Below, one piece after another: positions 25,801 through 39,714 of a stretch of 64,000 nucleotides of DNA. Under the pieces are notes generated by a model that did not search any database, was not told where the DNA came from, and saw nothing but the letters and a program-made list of their open reading frames with translations. Made by a program: the position numbers and the translations under genes. Each line of letters begins with the position of its first letter. Positions within the stretch are counted from its first letter, which is position 1. This DNA comes from Phaeosaccion multiseriatum (taxonomy: Eukaryota; Protista; Ochrophyta, other classes): positions 5,332,001 to 5,396,000 of the forward strand of contig OZ218951.1 in the NCBI GenBank assembly GCA_965112735.1. The letters are read 5' to 3'.

Positions 25801-27609
25801 AGTGCTCTCTGAGGAAGAGTCCGAAGACGGAGAGACCTTTGCGGCGGTGCTGAGGGATGGCTCGGCAGCAGGGATGGCCTCGCACTCGGCCTATCCTGGC
25901 GACGACGACGACGACGACGAGGAGGAGGAGGAGGAGGAGGAGGAGGGGGGGGGTGACGCGCTTAAAGCATCCAAAACGGAGGGGGGCGCCGCTGTGGTGT
26001 CTGCTGATGGCACTATGACGCAGGGTGGTGGTCGGAAGGGGCGATTGTGGAAGGTGGGCATGATTCCCATCATTGCGACGGCCCTCGCTGTGGTGAGTGT
26101 GCGTGTGCGTGTGCGTGTGCGTGTGCGTGTGCGTGTGGTAGGAGAAGTTTGGGGCTCCCGGCTACGTGGCCCTCTGACTCTCTGCCTTTTCTCGGCTTTT
26201 CCTCCTTCTCGACCCTGACCCTGACCCTGATCCTGACTGTTTTATGTGTATGCTCTCGTTGATCAACAACACTTCGCCCGTTAACGTCCCTCAGCAAGTG
26301 ACCTTCGTCATCATTCCTGCACGCCTTCTTGTCTACGCCCGGGGGGGCTGCAAGAGAGGCGAAACTCCCCCACCATCCCCGAAAGGAGGGGAGCAGCAGG
26401 AGGAGGGGCAGCAGCAGCAGCAGGAGGAGGAGGAGGAGGAGAGGAGGGGGGGTTCGCAAGAAGAGGCAAGGGATGGAGAGAAGGCGGGGCTCACGTCGCG
26501 GGTTCAGGCAGTAGCAGACAAGGCTGATGAGCAGGGAGGGGTGGGCGCCGACGCGGAAACCGAGGAGGCAGCAGCTCTGGCAGCCAAAATGTGAGTCGTG
26601 GTTTCGGCACTACAGGGTAGCGCATTGACGCACGCATACAGCACAGACCTGTACTTTGGCTTACATCCGTTCGTTCACACGCAGCTCGCCCACACACACG
26701 CTCTCTTGCTCGCTCGCTTACTCACACGCTCGCTCACTTCATTCACTCACTCACTCACTCACTCACTCACTCACTCACACACTCACTCACTCACTCACTC
26801 ACTCACTCACTCTCACTCACTCACTCACCCACTCAGCCACTCACTCACTCACTCACTCACTCACACTCTCACTCACATCTCTAAACATCTTCACTGCTGC
26901 TACATGTACCTGCAACACACACCTCCGCCCCCCCTCCCCCCCAGGGACCGCATCCACACTCATCACCTCATCCGCCTGAACCTCAGCAGCACCGAGCTGG
27001 GAATAGTGAGGGTTGTGGTGACTCTCCCAGGTAGGACGATCAAATGGTCGACAGTGCTAGCGCCCCCCCCTCTCACACATAAAGTTTGTCACCTCATTGT
27101 CCTCCAGCTTGTGATGAATCGATGGCAGCTGATGGCAGCTGACTAGTCACTCGTGCGTACTCCATCTCCGTTGACAACTCAGTCGTATGTCGATGTTGTA
27201 TACCGACATCGATCAACCGAAACTGAGCCCCTACCGCCCGCCCTCTCCCTTCTCCTGCCCCCCCCTCGCTGTAGCCAAACTGCAATTTTGCGTCCATTCT
27301 CTTTCCGACCCGTTCTTTCACACGAGGAACCATACACAAACTGTGCCCTTTGGACACATCGTCACGTGTTGTTCCACATCGTCATCTGTGACTAACCACA
27401 CACAACATTTGTTGACCCCCCCATCTGTCACCACAGGCATACACACGCACGGCGCCATCGTGGTGCGGCGGAAGCGCATACACAGAAAAGGCCTACCCGT
27501 CATTCGACACGCGGTCAAGACCGTTCTAGGCTTGCACCCCCCGGGGTTGTTCCCAAGGGTGGAGGAGGTCCGGTCCCCCTCCTCCTCCTCCGCTGTGCCC
27601 TTGTTATGA
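22835..27609 (+). CDS. DUF676 putative serine esterase/lipase (Rog1/Lpl1-like alpha/beta hydrolase)
   Basis: HLVVVSHGMWG, TYDGIDVCGRRLAEEI, nucleophile elbow GYSAGGLIARYA, TIATPHLG, GRSMEQLFLQD, YANALNDNTVGFCTA (Asp), HTHGAIVVR (His); hydrophobic segment near the C-terminus. Confidence 0.9.
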
Positions 27610-29735
27610 CCCCCCCCCGGGGGAGAGTCCGTCATGTGATAGTTAGTGAGTGTTTGAGTGAGTGAGTGAGTGAGTGAGTGAGTGTGTGCGTGTATGTGAG
27701 TACAGGAAGGAATGAAGGCGGGAGGAGGTGCGGGGAGTGTGTGAACGAGTGTAAGTGTATGTGAGTACGTGGAAGGAAGGAGTGAGGCATTGAATGAGTG
27801 AGTAAGTGACGGAGTGAGCGAGTGTGTGAGTGAGCGAGATGCTTCCCAATAGAACAACAAACGGGAGTAGGCACCACACAGATCTTACTGAAGTGTTATG
27901 TGTTGGATTGAATGTATAAACATCGACCTTTAGCATTAAAATAAATGTCGATCTTTATTGCTTCTTGGGAACGCCTGTACGAGAGTGCGAGGAATGGATT
28001 TGGGTCCGGCTCCACCGGCTCTCGACCCTTACATAAGATTACTACGGCACACGTCAATAGTAAAGCGGGCCGGGCGGGTGGGGAAGAAACCTACAGCCGT
28101 GCCTCGTACGTTGCTATTAAGTACCCTGCCCATATGCCTGCCGACGAGGTGTGGTGTTGCTAAAAGCAACCCCCTCCCTCAACGCGTCTCCGCCCCCCTC
28201 TCTCCCCTCCCCCTCAATCCCTCTCTGTTTTGCGTAAGTGGACACCGAATGGAAGTATCAGTTTGACTACTCTTGCTCCCTCGACGCTGCACCAAAGAGA
28301 GAGAGAGAGAGAGAAAGAACGTGTGTAGAACATCGATTACAAAACAAACTTCGTGGCCGTTAACTTCGTGGCTGTTAACTTCGTGGCCGTTAAGAGTGCT
28401 AAGAGAGACGAGTCCCGTGACGTACTTACTACCTTTCCGGGGGTGCTGTGTGGGAAGGGGGGCTCGCTGGCTGGCAGGATGGCTGTCCGTCCTTCGCCCC
28501 CCCCCCCCCCACCGTCACTACGATCGAGAGAGCCCTAAGCCTTAGGCTTGAATGGAGCCTCACCCTCAATCCAATCAGTACACTGCCTAGTCGCTGCCCA
28601 GTCCGTTGGAGTGAGGGTGCTCGTAGGTGCTCTCCTCTCCTCGCTCTGTCCCAAGACGTAAATCGTCTGGGATGGCACCTTACGGCAACGAACTTTTGGA
28701 GAAACTGCGGTGGCTGGGTGAGGGTGAGGTCGGGCCACCAAGGGGAGTAGGCATGTGACGTGACACGCACGCACAAACACACGCACCCACATACGCGCGC
28801 ACCCATGCACACGCGCACACAAACGCACACACACGTACACGCACAGAGAGAGCATGGGCAGGTAGGAAGATAGAGAGAGCAGATAGAGAGAGGATCGCGA
28901 GGGAGGTACCCACTTGCTCCATCTACTGCCATCTACTGCCATCTACTGCCCCCTCTCTGTCTCTGTGGCCTGTACCCGCCTGCCTTTGTGTCCTGGCTGA
29001 GGGCGGCGGCGGCCTGCAGGTGGTGGGTGAGGGCAGCCCTCACTGCTCCCGCCCGTCTACTTCCGTTTCCTTTACGCGAGTAAGGTCAGAGTGGGCGCTC
29101 GTCTCAAGTCTTGACCAGTGGGGCTGTTTCGCTTGCTTTGGTGGCCCCACAGCTCCGCTCCATTCCTCAATTGTTCTGCTCGACACAGTACAGGAGTAGA
29201 CCACACCGCCAATACGTAATACTAATAATACCCTTTGCCACCCACAATGCGCCCTCTCTCTCTCTCTCGATGTCTCTCTCTCCCTCTCTCTCTGTCCAGC
29301 AGTCGGAATGCTCCCGAAGCAACGGAACAATCGCAGAGATGAAAGTAGAGCTCCTCGCAGTGAAAGTAGAGCTCGTGGACGCTCCCCTGGGGGGAAGAGA
29401 CAAGTCGGTTCGCATCCATCCAGCCGCCTGGCCGCCGGAGGGCACCCCACCCAACCAAGCCACCCAACCAAGCCACCCAACCACGCCCAGCACAGCACAA
29501 CCCGGTCCAGTAGGGGATACACAGGCGTGCACTGAAGCAAATAGGCGGAGGCGAAGAGAGGCTACATCAGAGAGAGGGAGAGCGGAGGGGAGGAGAGAGA
29601 GAGGAAGAGAGGAGGGGAGGAGAGGGAGAGAAAAAGAGAGGAGGGGAGGAGAGGGAGAGAGGGAGAGAGGGAGAGAGGGAGAGAGGGAGAGGAGGAGAGG
29701 GAGAGAGGGAGAGAGGAGGCGAGGAGAGGGAGAGC

Positions 29736-29937
29736 CTACACCAGAGAGCCCTCCTTCTTTGAGTCCTCCATAAAGTAGCTCAAGGGGCCGTAGCCCATGG
29801 CGTCTGCCCAGTCCACCGCGAGCATGCCCTGGCAGAACATATCAAGTGGAGGCGTAAGGGGCAGGGAAAGAAGTGAAGAGGAGGAGAGAGTGGAAGAGAG
29901 AAGGGGGGAGATGGAGAGGGAGGGAAGGAGACAGAGC

Positions 29938-29968
<31 letters not shown>

Positions 29969-31441
29969 GAAGGGAGTGAGCGAGCAAGTGAGAGGGTGAT
30001 AGGGCGAGCGAAAGAGAGAGAGACAGCGAGACAGAGATAAGGAGGGAGGGGACTGAGAAAGCCCCGGGGTGGTATGTCGGCAAGCGGGCGGTCGTGACGG
30101 CAGGGGCATCGCCCCTCCCTCACCCCTCGAACCCGCCCCCCTCTGCCTCCCTCCTAACCCCTCCCTACCCTACCTGCTTGTCCTTGACGTCTCTCCGAAC
30201 CCCCTTCCCGTACAGACTCTGTACCACCTCAAGCTCGTTGTGGTACACAGCGTAGAACAGACAGCTCCAACCACCGACGTCTCGGAGCTCTGCTCGAAGG
30301 AATAAGTCAAGAAATTAAGGAACAATGCGGTGGTAGTCGCCGTCGGAGCGGGGAGGGGGGAAGGGAGCAAGGAAGGGGTGAGTAAGTGAGTGAGTGAGTG
30401 AGTGAGGGAGGGAGGGAGGGGGTGAGTGCGTGAATGAGTGACCCTCATCGTATCGCGACGGGCCCTATGTGAGATCGCCTTTCTACCTGCCTCTCCGCCT
30501 GCCATCTCACCCCAGCATCTTTCTCTCTGTATTCAAGTCAGTCGGTCAGTCAGTCACTCGGTCAGTCGGTCAGTCGGTCAGTCAGTCAGTCATTCAGTCA
30601 GTCAGTCAGTCAGTCAGTCAGTTAGTCTGTCAGTCGGTCACTCACTCACTCACTCACTCACCAGTGTCTGCCATAAAATCGTCAACGAGTATTTCAACAA
30701 TCATTCGGTGTCCCATCCGACAAGCGAGCATCAGGGGCGTCATGCCCACCTGACAGTCAGACGCACATGAAGCACACGGTGTACATGCAGGACCGGGATT
30801 TGAGCAGCAGCATCAGCAAGAGAAGGAGGAGCAGCGGCAGCAAAGGGTCCGTATTCCAAAGGCAGTGACAAGGAGTAAGCTTTTGATCGTTGTGTTTGTT
30901 GTTCCCACCAATGCGCCCACCTTGTCCTGAGCGTCCACCTCCCCTCCCTTGAAAACGATGCGCTGCACCGTGGCGGGGAAGTCCAATTGGGCGGCGAAGT
31001 GGAGCGGCGACAGGCCCGTCGTCTTCTCTCGGATGTTCACATCTGGATACGAGGAGAGGAGCACAAGTCAGTGGACGCCTCCGAGCTAAGCATACCCCCA
31101 TGGTGAGAACGTCCGTCCCATCGTTTCAACGACGCTGCTGATCGAGCTACTCATTACCCGTCACTGCCCCTCACGGCCCTGTCACTGTCCCCCACTGCCC
31201 GTGCTGCCTCCCACTCACCGGTGGACTCAAGTGACAAGAGGATGTTGGCGAGGTCTTCACGCTGTGCCTTAATCGCCAGCGCCAGGGCTGAGCAGAGGAG
31301 AGGAAGGGGACCAACGAGCTGGATCCAGTAAGTCCTTCTTTAATCTCGCTAGGCCAGCGGGGGACGCGCCAAGAACAGCAGCATCTTATTCGGCGCATCA
31401 GCTGATATCCCCTCCTCCTCCTCCTCCTCTGCCGGCTTGTC

Positions 31442-31531
<90 letters not shown>

Positions 31532-32188
31532 GCACGCACGCACATACCCATATAAGTAGTCAAGCACTCACGTGTTCTGCCATGCTCGTCAGGGTCGTTG
31601 ACCACGTGCATCTTTTTGGCCGCTTGGAGCCGAAGAATGGTGGCCTTGACGGTCTCTTGCGAGCCGTCTATGATCGCCTCCACCAAGTTCACATGAGCCC
31701 AGCCCCTGTAAAGCGAACGCAGCCGTCCATGAGAATGATATCATGAAGACAGAGGTGGTGAGGCAAAGTGATTCGAGTGGATTAGATGGCTCGATGTGTG
31801 TGCGAGGGTGGTGCCAAGGGAGAGAGAGCAGACGTACTGAGGTACATGGGACCTTTCTTCTTGACGCAGGCTCGCGCACTTGTACGTACATGAGCTTGCG
31901 GAGCGTGTAGAATGGGTACCGCTTTTCCTGAGGGGGCGCCTGGTCCGCCTCTGGCTTGTCGTAGAAGTCCGCGAGGGCTTGCTCCATGACGAGCTCATGC
32001 TGGTTGGTGGGGGCCACCTTCTTACTACTTGGTTTCGGCTTGGAATTGTCCTTCTTCTTATCCTTCTTGCCCTTGCTCCGCTTTTTCTTTTTGCTCCCCT
32101 TACGCTCCTCCCCATCGTCGGCCCCCTCCTCATCCTCGTCTCCCTCAACTGGGGCCGCCTTGCTCTTGCTCTTTTTGGACTTGCCCAT
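29736..32188 (-). CDS. Ankyrin-repeat protein with Lys/acidic N-terminus; 3' end may extend to ~28680
   Basis: Exons encode DEHGRT|PLALAI, TTGLSPLHFAAQLDF, DK|VGMTPLMLACRMGH, GGWSCLFYAVYHNELEVV, DKQ|GMLAVDWADAMGY. Confidence 0.85.
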
Positions 32189-32403
32189 CCTAATCACTTC
32201 ACCTCCATTCTTACTCCCTCATGCTTTATCTCCCCGGTCTATTGTCCATGCCTCCCCTTGCTCTTCTTCCAGCAATCGAATTCGGAAGTTTCAGAAAAGC
32301 ACTCACAACTGGAGGCTTATTGGGAGAGACCTAAGTAGCAGCATATTTCGACAAGTTATGCGTTGGTAGACACTGTAGACATCGACCAGGCTCAGTTCCA
32401 ACG
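32189..32403. promoter_or_regulatory. Short probable bidirectional promoter
   Basis: Divergent predicted ATGs separated by 215 bp. Confidence 0.45.
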
Positions 32404-34434
32404 ATGACTGACACTCGCCAGGTGGGGAACCTAGACGGCGTAGCCGCGAAGGTGGTCATGATATGGTGTACACAGAGTCAGAAGTATCCTGAGCGAGATC
32501 CCCCCTGTTACTGATACCTGCCTTGGTTGCCCCACCTTCGCCTCAATATCCGCCCCCCTCCCCCCTGCTCTCCCTCCCATGTGAACCACACAGGCAAGAC
32601 CGGCCGAAGAGCCCCTAATTAGCGCCTATGACGAGCCCGAGATTGACGAGTCTCACTTCGATAATGATAGGAAAGTGTCTGACTTGTGGGAGGCGGCCTC
32701 AGTGGTGGAAGTCCTGCACAAGTACGGCTACGCGCCCGACGATAGAGTCACCCGGAACGACCAGGTGGGTGCAATTGGAGTGAGATAGGGTAGAAAGGGA
32801 GGATGGAGAGGAGGAGCTGGTGGAGCCGGGAGATGGGGAGCGAGGGAAGGGACCTTTCGCAATGGAGTCAACGTCATACGGGAGGGGAAAGGCAGGTCTC
32901 GCACATGAATGAGGTGACGGGGAGGGAAGGACGTGGAGTGTTGAGGCTAAACGGTTTGACAATCCGAGAATGGGAGAGAAAGCGAAATCTACGCCAGGTA
33001 GAGAGGCTTGAGGATGCAAGGCGTCTTTCGATTCTCCGTACGCTTTCCCAATCATCTCTATCCCTTTCTCTCCACTGGCCGCGAATGCTGCTGCTCCGTC
33101 TGAATGGCTCTTCGGCATCTGCGGGGTACCTCCGCATCGGTCCGTCTGCTGCCTTCTGCGGCTTAACTTCGCGCACAGGTCATGATGTTTCGCAACGTCC
33201 ATGAGGCCATATCTCGGAAAAAAAAGGAGCTGCTGGGGACGGGGCGGTACAGTGACGTGAAGCCCTTGGAGGAGAACCTCCAGAACATAGAGGTGGGGTT
33301 TAGAAAGTTGCAAATGAGGAACGTCGAGCAGGACCAGCAGAAGCAGCAGGTAAGTGGCTGTTTAGAGAGAGAGAGCTAGAGAAAGCGGGGTGAAGAAGAG
33401 AGGAAGGGATAGAGATAGAGAGAGACAGAGGGGAGGGGTGGGATGGGGAGGAGGGACAAGCGGATTGAGGGAGAGCGGGGGGGGGGGGAGGAAGAGAGAG
33501 AGGGGGTGGGGTAGGACAAGAGAGAGTCCGTAAGTCAACGACCACCTCCTCTTTCACAACTAAACCCACTCTCCCTGCCCACCACACCCGGCCGTCAACC
33601 TACTCGGCCTACTCAGGTGTACTGCAGCCAGGCAAAGAAGAAGATTGTGGCAGGAAAGACGCGTGCCCTGGAGACATCTGTGCAGGTGCGTACGTGCATG
33701 CATGCGTACGTGCGTGCGTGCGTGCGCGAATGGTCATCACGAGCGCATGAATGAGTGAATACCCAAACCGTGCTTACGGCACCCGCACGAGACAGTCCAT
33801 GTTCGATGTTTGAGCTCCTCTGATACAGAGCGGCCCAGCACCCCCCCCCTCAGCTTCGCCTTGTCTCCCTTCCCACTGACCCCTTCGCTGCTCTTCCCTC
33901 TTCTCTCCTCCTCTCCTCCTCCCTTCGTTCGTCCCTTCCTTGGCTTGGACTCTTTCCCGTTGCTCTCCCCTTGGACCCACAATCAACAAGCAGAAAGTAG
34001 AGTCGGCGTGCAGTGCCCGAGAGCAAAGCCTGAAGCGACTCCATCAGATTCAGAGAGACAATCTCGAGCTTGAGCTCTCATGGGATCCCACTCCTCGAGT
34101 AAAGTACTCTAACAAGTAAGTGCGCTTGGGGGGGTGTTACAAGCCACGCTGAACCCAGTGGTGCTCCTACTCGTATGCCTTGCTCACTAATATGCCAATC
34201 ATACCTTCCCCCCCCCCTCTGCCTATATGCTTTCCCGGCGTCCTCTCCTTTTATTCTGTGTGGTAACCCCAGGTACCTGGAGCTGAAGAACGCGGAAGAC
34301 AAGCTTATACGGCTCCATCAGTACGATGATGCTCACGTTGTACATAAGATGCTCGAACAGGTTAGAGGCTCACGCCAACAAGAGCGAAACGCTCGAAACG
34401 CTCGATGGAGGGGCGGGGGGGAGGAGGAGCAGTG

Positions 34435-34515
<81 letters not shown>

Positions 34516-35303
34516 GAGGAGGAGGGGGAGGGGAGCTCTGAGGATCCTTACCGAGAAGCTATCTTGCTGCTCGTCTATTCTGTGCGCCGTGCACCACACT
34601 CTGGGCCTTGATGTCAACCCCACGGCAATCGAAATTGTTGTGCCGGTCGTGTGTGTGTGTGACTGACGCACTGACTTACTGACGCACTGACGTACTGATT
34701 GACTTACTGTGTGGCGCACGTCAGCTGCGGCCCAAGGAGGAAGCAGACTTCTACGCAGCGCACGAGGAGAGGCAGGAGCTCAGACGCGCCTCTCTCAGAA
34801 AGCGGCAGGAGAGGGATGTGGAGAAGATGGTGGAGATGACTACGAAGATGCGCATTCAGGCAGATAATGACAAGAGGTAAATGTGTGTGTGTGTGTGCAT
34901 GTGCGTGTGTGTGTGTGTGTGTGTGTGCGTCTGTGTGTCTGTGTGTGTGTGTGTGTGCGTTGGAGGGTATGAATTTACCGAGTGAAGCAAGGGGCGCAAG
35001 TGTGCACCGCCTCAGAGAAACCAACGGACAAGATGCTTTCCTGTTCCCCTATGTACTCAGAAGGCCCTCCCTCCCTCTCTTCCTCCCTCCCGTCCCTTCC
35101 CATCAGAGCCAAAGTCGAGAACGTCAAGGCCCAGATCACCAATGCCCAGCTGCAGATGACACACGGCCACCGCCTCACTCTGCTCAAGAAGCCCGAGCTC
35201 TCGGAGCGGCCCTCAGCCCATTGGGAGCGAAGAGCGCACCACAACGGTACGGCCGCCACCCTCCGCGGCGAGCAGCTCATGGACAGAGTCAAGGGCAAAA
35301 AGG

Positions 35304-35339
<36 letters not shown>

Positions 35340-35636
35340 TGGCATCGGCCGGATTTCCCGTTCCTCCGTCGCCTCCTCCCCTCACTTCGGAGTCGTGCTG
35401 GGCCTCTCTTCCCCCTGACCCCCCTCTTGTCCTGCCCGCCTGCCTGTCTACCTGCCTGCCCGAATACCTCCCATACATACCTGCCCATATGCCTGTAGAG
35501 GGGAGACGCGGTGGCGGTGGCGTCTCTGTCGGCGCTGCACAGCTTCGGCGACGCCTCTCTCGACGGGACGCTCACGCTCACGAGGCCTGGGGAGAGGAGT
35601 GGCCCGGGTTGCAGGAGGACGTCGTGGCTCGACTGA
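32404..35636 (+). CDS. Coiled-coil hypothetical protein, 9 exons
   Basis: In-frame exons: MTDTRQ|ARPAEEPL…RNDQ|VMMFRNVHEA…QQ|VYCSQAKK…|KVESAC…PRVKYSNK|YLELKNAEDKLIRLHQYDDA…|LRPKEEADF…|AKVENVK…GKK|RGDAVAVASLSALH…WLD*. Confidence 0.75.
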
Positions 35637-36543
35637 GGGAGTCCATCCTGAGGGGCTCTAGCCTGAGGGGCTGCCTAGCGTGAGTGTTGAGTGCGGAGCG
35701 GCGAGACACGGGGGGGGGGGGTGCTTCTCGGTGGCGGTCTGTTGTAAAGGGTTGGGCTTAAGGAGGTGAGAGGGGACATTCTTTTCTGAAGGGCTGGGCT
35801 GACAGGCCGTGCGTCCTGAGGAATGGAGCTCAAAAGCTGTGTCCTTGCAATGACTGAGAGGAGGGGCGGTCCTGAGTCCTTCCTGATCAAGGGATCGCTG
35901 TCCCTGGGGCTCGGTGGCTGTGCGTTGCGAGTGGATGGGCGTGGCTGCGCAGGGGTGGGGCGACAAGAGGTCCTGAAACGGCTTGCTCTTCACGCTTGGC
36001 ATCCTGCACACTACAACTGCTGAAGTGGCTAGTAGCAAGCGTGTGCATATAATACAACGTAGATATTTGCTGAGAAGCCAAACATTTTATTCGCCTTCTT
36101 CGTATGGCTCAATCGCACAGGCTGGGACTGCTGCGCCGGCGGGCTGAGCGAATCCCTCAGTCACGCGCTACCGCTCGTGTCAATTGGGACGTATTCCTGT
36201 CGCCCACACGGAGCCGCTCTCGTCCCCACACCAAACCCCCCCTCCCTCCTCCCTCCTCCCTCCTCCCCCCTATCCACTACTCTCACCCTCGCTCCCCCTT
36301 CCCGCGCCCAGGTCGTCAAAGCAGCCCCCGCGGGGAGGGGGGGGCAGTGACAAATGCCTGAGCCCCACGCGTATGCTTTCTCCATCGGTCTGTCCCTGCG
36401 CGCGTCCGGGCGGAATTGCACGGACAAGAGATGCTTATCGTCGTTCAGCCCGCACCGCTCGCTCCGCGTTTTTGTTGCTGCTTTTGCTGTTGTTGGTTGG
36501 ATGTTGTGTCTCGCTCTCATGAGCTTTCCTTCTACAGAGCCGC

Positions 36544-37016
36544 TCAGGGCGAAGCAGGGGGTGTGTCTGGGGTCTGACGAGCGGTGGTCGTTCCCGCTTC
36601 GTGCTCCCGGTGACACCCGATCGGAGCCCTTGCCTCCTCAATATCTGGTGTGACCGGCTGTTCGCTTCTGTCCAACGCCGTATCTCCAGAGCTCAGTTCG
36701 GCATCCGCGACTTGTTGTTCCTGTGCAGCCCGTCGTCTTTCGCCTGCCTTTAACCACAGGCAGGCAGTGTGGAAGCTGCAGCAAGCGAACTCTGCCGGGG
36801 GAGGGATGGGGAAGAAACTTGACTAAATCAATCAGTGGTAGCGGCGTCTCTCTCCCCCTCTGACCCAGCTCACGTATCCCTCTCACCGAATGCAATCCAG
36901 CTCATCAGCAGCAGCCAAATGGGACTAAACATATTTTGATACGTAGCGTTCCGTGCGCGCCTCCTAAAACGAAAGGAGAGTACTTCTATGCCGCCGCTCG
37001 ACAGGGGAAAGACCAT
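36544..37016 (-). CDS. Small single-pass membrane protein, paralog A (125 aa; exons 37016-36887, 36791-36544)
   Basis: MVFPLSSGGIEVLSFRFRRRARNATYQNMFSPIWLLLMSWIAF|EFACCSFHTACLWLKAGERRRAAQEQQ…EHEAGTTTARQTPDTPPASP*. GT-AG phase-1 intron at the same place as in paralogs B and C; total CDS 378 nt. Confidence 0.72.
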
Positions 37017-37487
37017 CGGCGTAGAGCTAGTCAATGCGAGAAGACAGATGGACATATACAAGAAGGGCAAAGTGGTGATGTGGTGGAAGAATGGAATAAA
37101 GGGCACCACAAAAATTCACAGCTGGCGAGAGTTGGTGCTCCTGCCCCCGGTCGGCCTGCCTGCCTGCCTGTCAGCAGACAGGAGGACGACAGCGGGTGAG
37201 GCGGCAAGGGCTTCTGAAAGGGCTTGCTCGAACACGTACTCGCCACGACCAAAAACAATATATCGTTGAGGACGAAGCTTTTATTCTTCCCCTTTTGTGC
37301 GGCTCAGACGCCACTCCATGGTGATTGCTGTCAGCTCCCGTCGCTTCTGGTGGGACTGCTGGGCGGCTAGGCCGACTGGCCGATCGAATGTCTCGCCCGC
37401 GCTCTGCCGCCCCCGTGCCCCGTGCGTCAGGCCTGTTGCCTTGCCTGTGCGCCGGGCCGTACTCTACACCAAGCAACCACACACACA

Positions 37488-37526
<39 letters not shown>

Positions 37527-37844
37527 CTCCCTCCTTTGCCCCCTCCCTCTACTACTCGCCCCACCCTTGCTCGGTGCCTCGAGCGCTCAGAGCGAGAAGC
37601 CCCGTAAGGGGGGGGGGGTTGGAGCCAATGCCTCAAGCACACGCGTGTGCTCTCTCCGTCCGGCCTCTCTGGCGCGTTCCGGGCGTGTCCGGGTGGTTTT
37701 GCACAGACGAGAGATGCTCTTGATTGTGAGCCCGCGCCCTCGCCGCCCACTCCGTCTTGATTGTTGCTGTCGTGGAAGGGTGTCGTGTCTCACTCTCCTC
37801 AGTTGTTGCCTTTGGGGTAAGGTTTTGTCTTCTCGGTCTCCTCG

Positions 37845-38609
37845 TCATCTCTCCTGTTCTACTGGCGTCACGGGAGGTGTCTCCGGGAACTGAGCAGAGT
37901 TCGAGCCTGCCTCATGGCCAACAAGGGCACCACCATAGAACGGCGCGAAAAGCTCGTGTCCAGCAGAGAAAGGTACCCCGGTGGACCTGTGACGTGCATC
38001 GACGTAACGGTACGAGCGACATGAGAAGGGTGGTAGAGGGACTGGGAGGAGCTACACAGCAATGTAGGCGGCATGAAGACACACGGGGGGCGGAGATGGA
38101 AGAGCAAGGCGTCCATGAAGTGTATCAGAGCAAATCTGGACGAGGTCTTACCTCTCCACCATCTCTACCGCCTGGGTCGCAAAGGCCGAGGCTGCTGCTT
38201 CCGCCGCGGCGCGCTCTCTGGCGGCTTCCGCCGCTTGCTCTGCGACTGCTTGCCGTATATCTCTTTCCTTGCGGTACTTGATGGCAATGCAGCAGCATGC
38301 GGATACGAAGATCAATGCTGCCCGGGGAAGGGGACAGGAGGAGCCGATTTCAATGTTAGTGGGCAGCGGGATACTGCGGACGCTCGCACAAGTCGGATAC
38401 CCTCATCTTTCTCTCTTGTCTCACCCAGCCCACTCACAAAAGAAAAACCACATTAGCAGTATCCACCAAATGGAGGGACTGTAGTAGTTGTCGTTGATAG
38501 GGGTATTGGTCCTATCAGTGCTGTTGGTGTTGTTGTACTTGGTAGCAGTGTCCTCCGGGGGGAGAAGAGGATGGAGAAATCCTATGCCCGTCGATGCGAG
38601 GAAAGCCAT
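37845..38609 (-). CDS. Small single-pass membrane protein, paralog B (159 aa; exons 38609-38438, 38317-38152, 37986-37845)
   Basis: MAFLASTGIGFLHPLLPPEDTATKYNNTNSTDRTNTPINDNYYSPSIWWILLMWFFF|SLIFVSACCCIAIKYRKERDIRQAVAEQAAEAARERAAAEAAA…VE|RSTGVPFSAGHELFAPFYGGALVGHEAGSNSAQFPETPPVTPVEQER*; CDS 480 nt. Confidence 0.8.
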
Positions 38610-39714
38610 CGGCCTAGGCCAGCCGCGGCCGATAAGACAGGTAGACAGTTTCTGAGGGCGAGTCAGGAGACAGCGAGAAAGGAGGGGGGGGGGTAGAGGC
38701 AAATGAGGCAACAGTTTGGAAAAGGCTCCATGCCAGTTTGAGTTCAAACTTTTAGAGTCACATAAACTGAAAACTGAGGCGCGGATGGGGAAGGGATGAT
38801 GATCGCGCCCCGCGTCGCTCGCTTCTTCGTGCGCAAGGAAAAATGTTCTCAAGCGTGGCCGCCGCTCCAACGCTGCGCTGCCCCTCGAAGGTCGCTCGAC
38901 CTCGACTTGCCGCTGGCTTGCCCGGCCTTCTCGCTCACGAGCAGCTACTGCGCGCACAGCGCTTGGCTGAACCAGGCCCGTCCGCCTCCTCGCCCCAGAC
39001 ACGCACGAGTACTTGGGAACCGCTGTCAGCCTCGTGCTAGCTCGTCCATCCGTACAGGACCTGGGCCAAGCGCTACTCTGCGCCTCGCTTCGTGCCGCTG
39101 TACTGCAGCCTAAGGTATGTTCGAGGCTCGCTCCTTACTCCGTCCCTCCGACTGAATGAATGCAGTGTCATTGACGCACTGCGAGTCGAACCGCGCGAGT
39201 CGAACCGCCTGCCACCCCCCCCTCCCGCGTCCCATTCCCCATCAAGCTAGTTTCCAGCCTATCGACCAGGGCTCGCTTCATCTTGTCCTTTCTCAATGTA
39301 CGTGAACGAGAGATAAGTCGCGTCGTCCGTGTGTGGGCCTTTTCTGTGCACCGGGCCGTACTCATCACCAACCAATCACGCACACACACACACACACTCC
39401 TCCCTCCTCCGCCCCCTCCCTCTACTACTCGCCCCACCCTTGCTCGGTGCCTCGAGCGCTCAGACCGAGAAGCCCCGTAAGGGGGGGGAGGTTGCAGTCA
39501 ATGCCTCAGGCACACGCGTGTGCTCTCTCCGTCCGGCCTCTCTGGCGCGTTCCGGGCGTGTCCGGGTGGTTTTGCACAGACGAGAGATGCTCTTGATTGT
39601 GAGCCCGCGCCCTCGCCGCCCACTCGGTTGGTCGTTGCGTTGTGGAAGAGTGTCGTGTCTCACTCTCCTCAGTTGTTGCCTTTGGGGTAAGGTGTTGTGT
39701 TCTCGCTCTCCTTG

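Noticed and set aside
38796-39113. Plus-strand ORF MMIAPRVARFF… repeated at 40504-41109
   Set aside because: Similarity follows from the DNA duplication; the copies diverge in frame and length downstream and show no protein motif.
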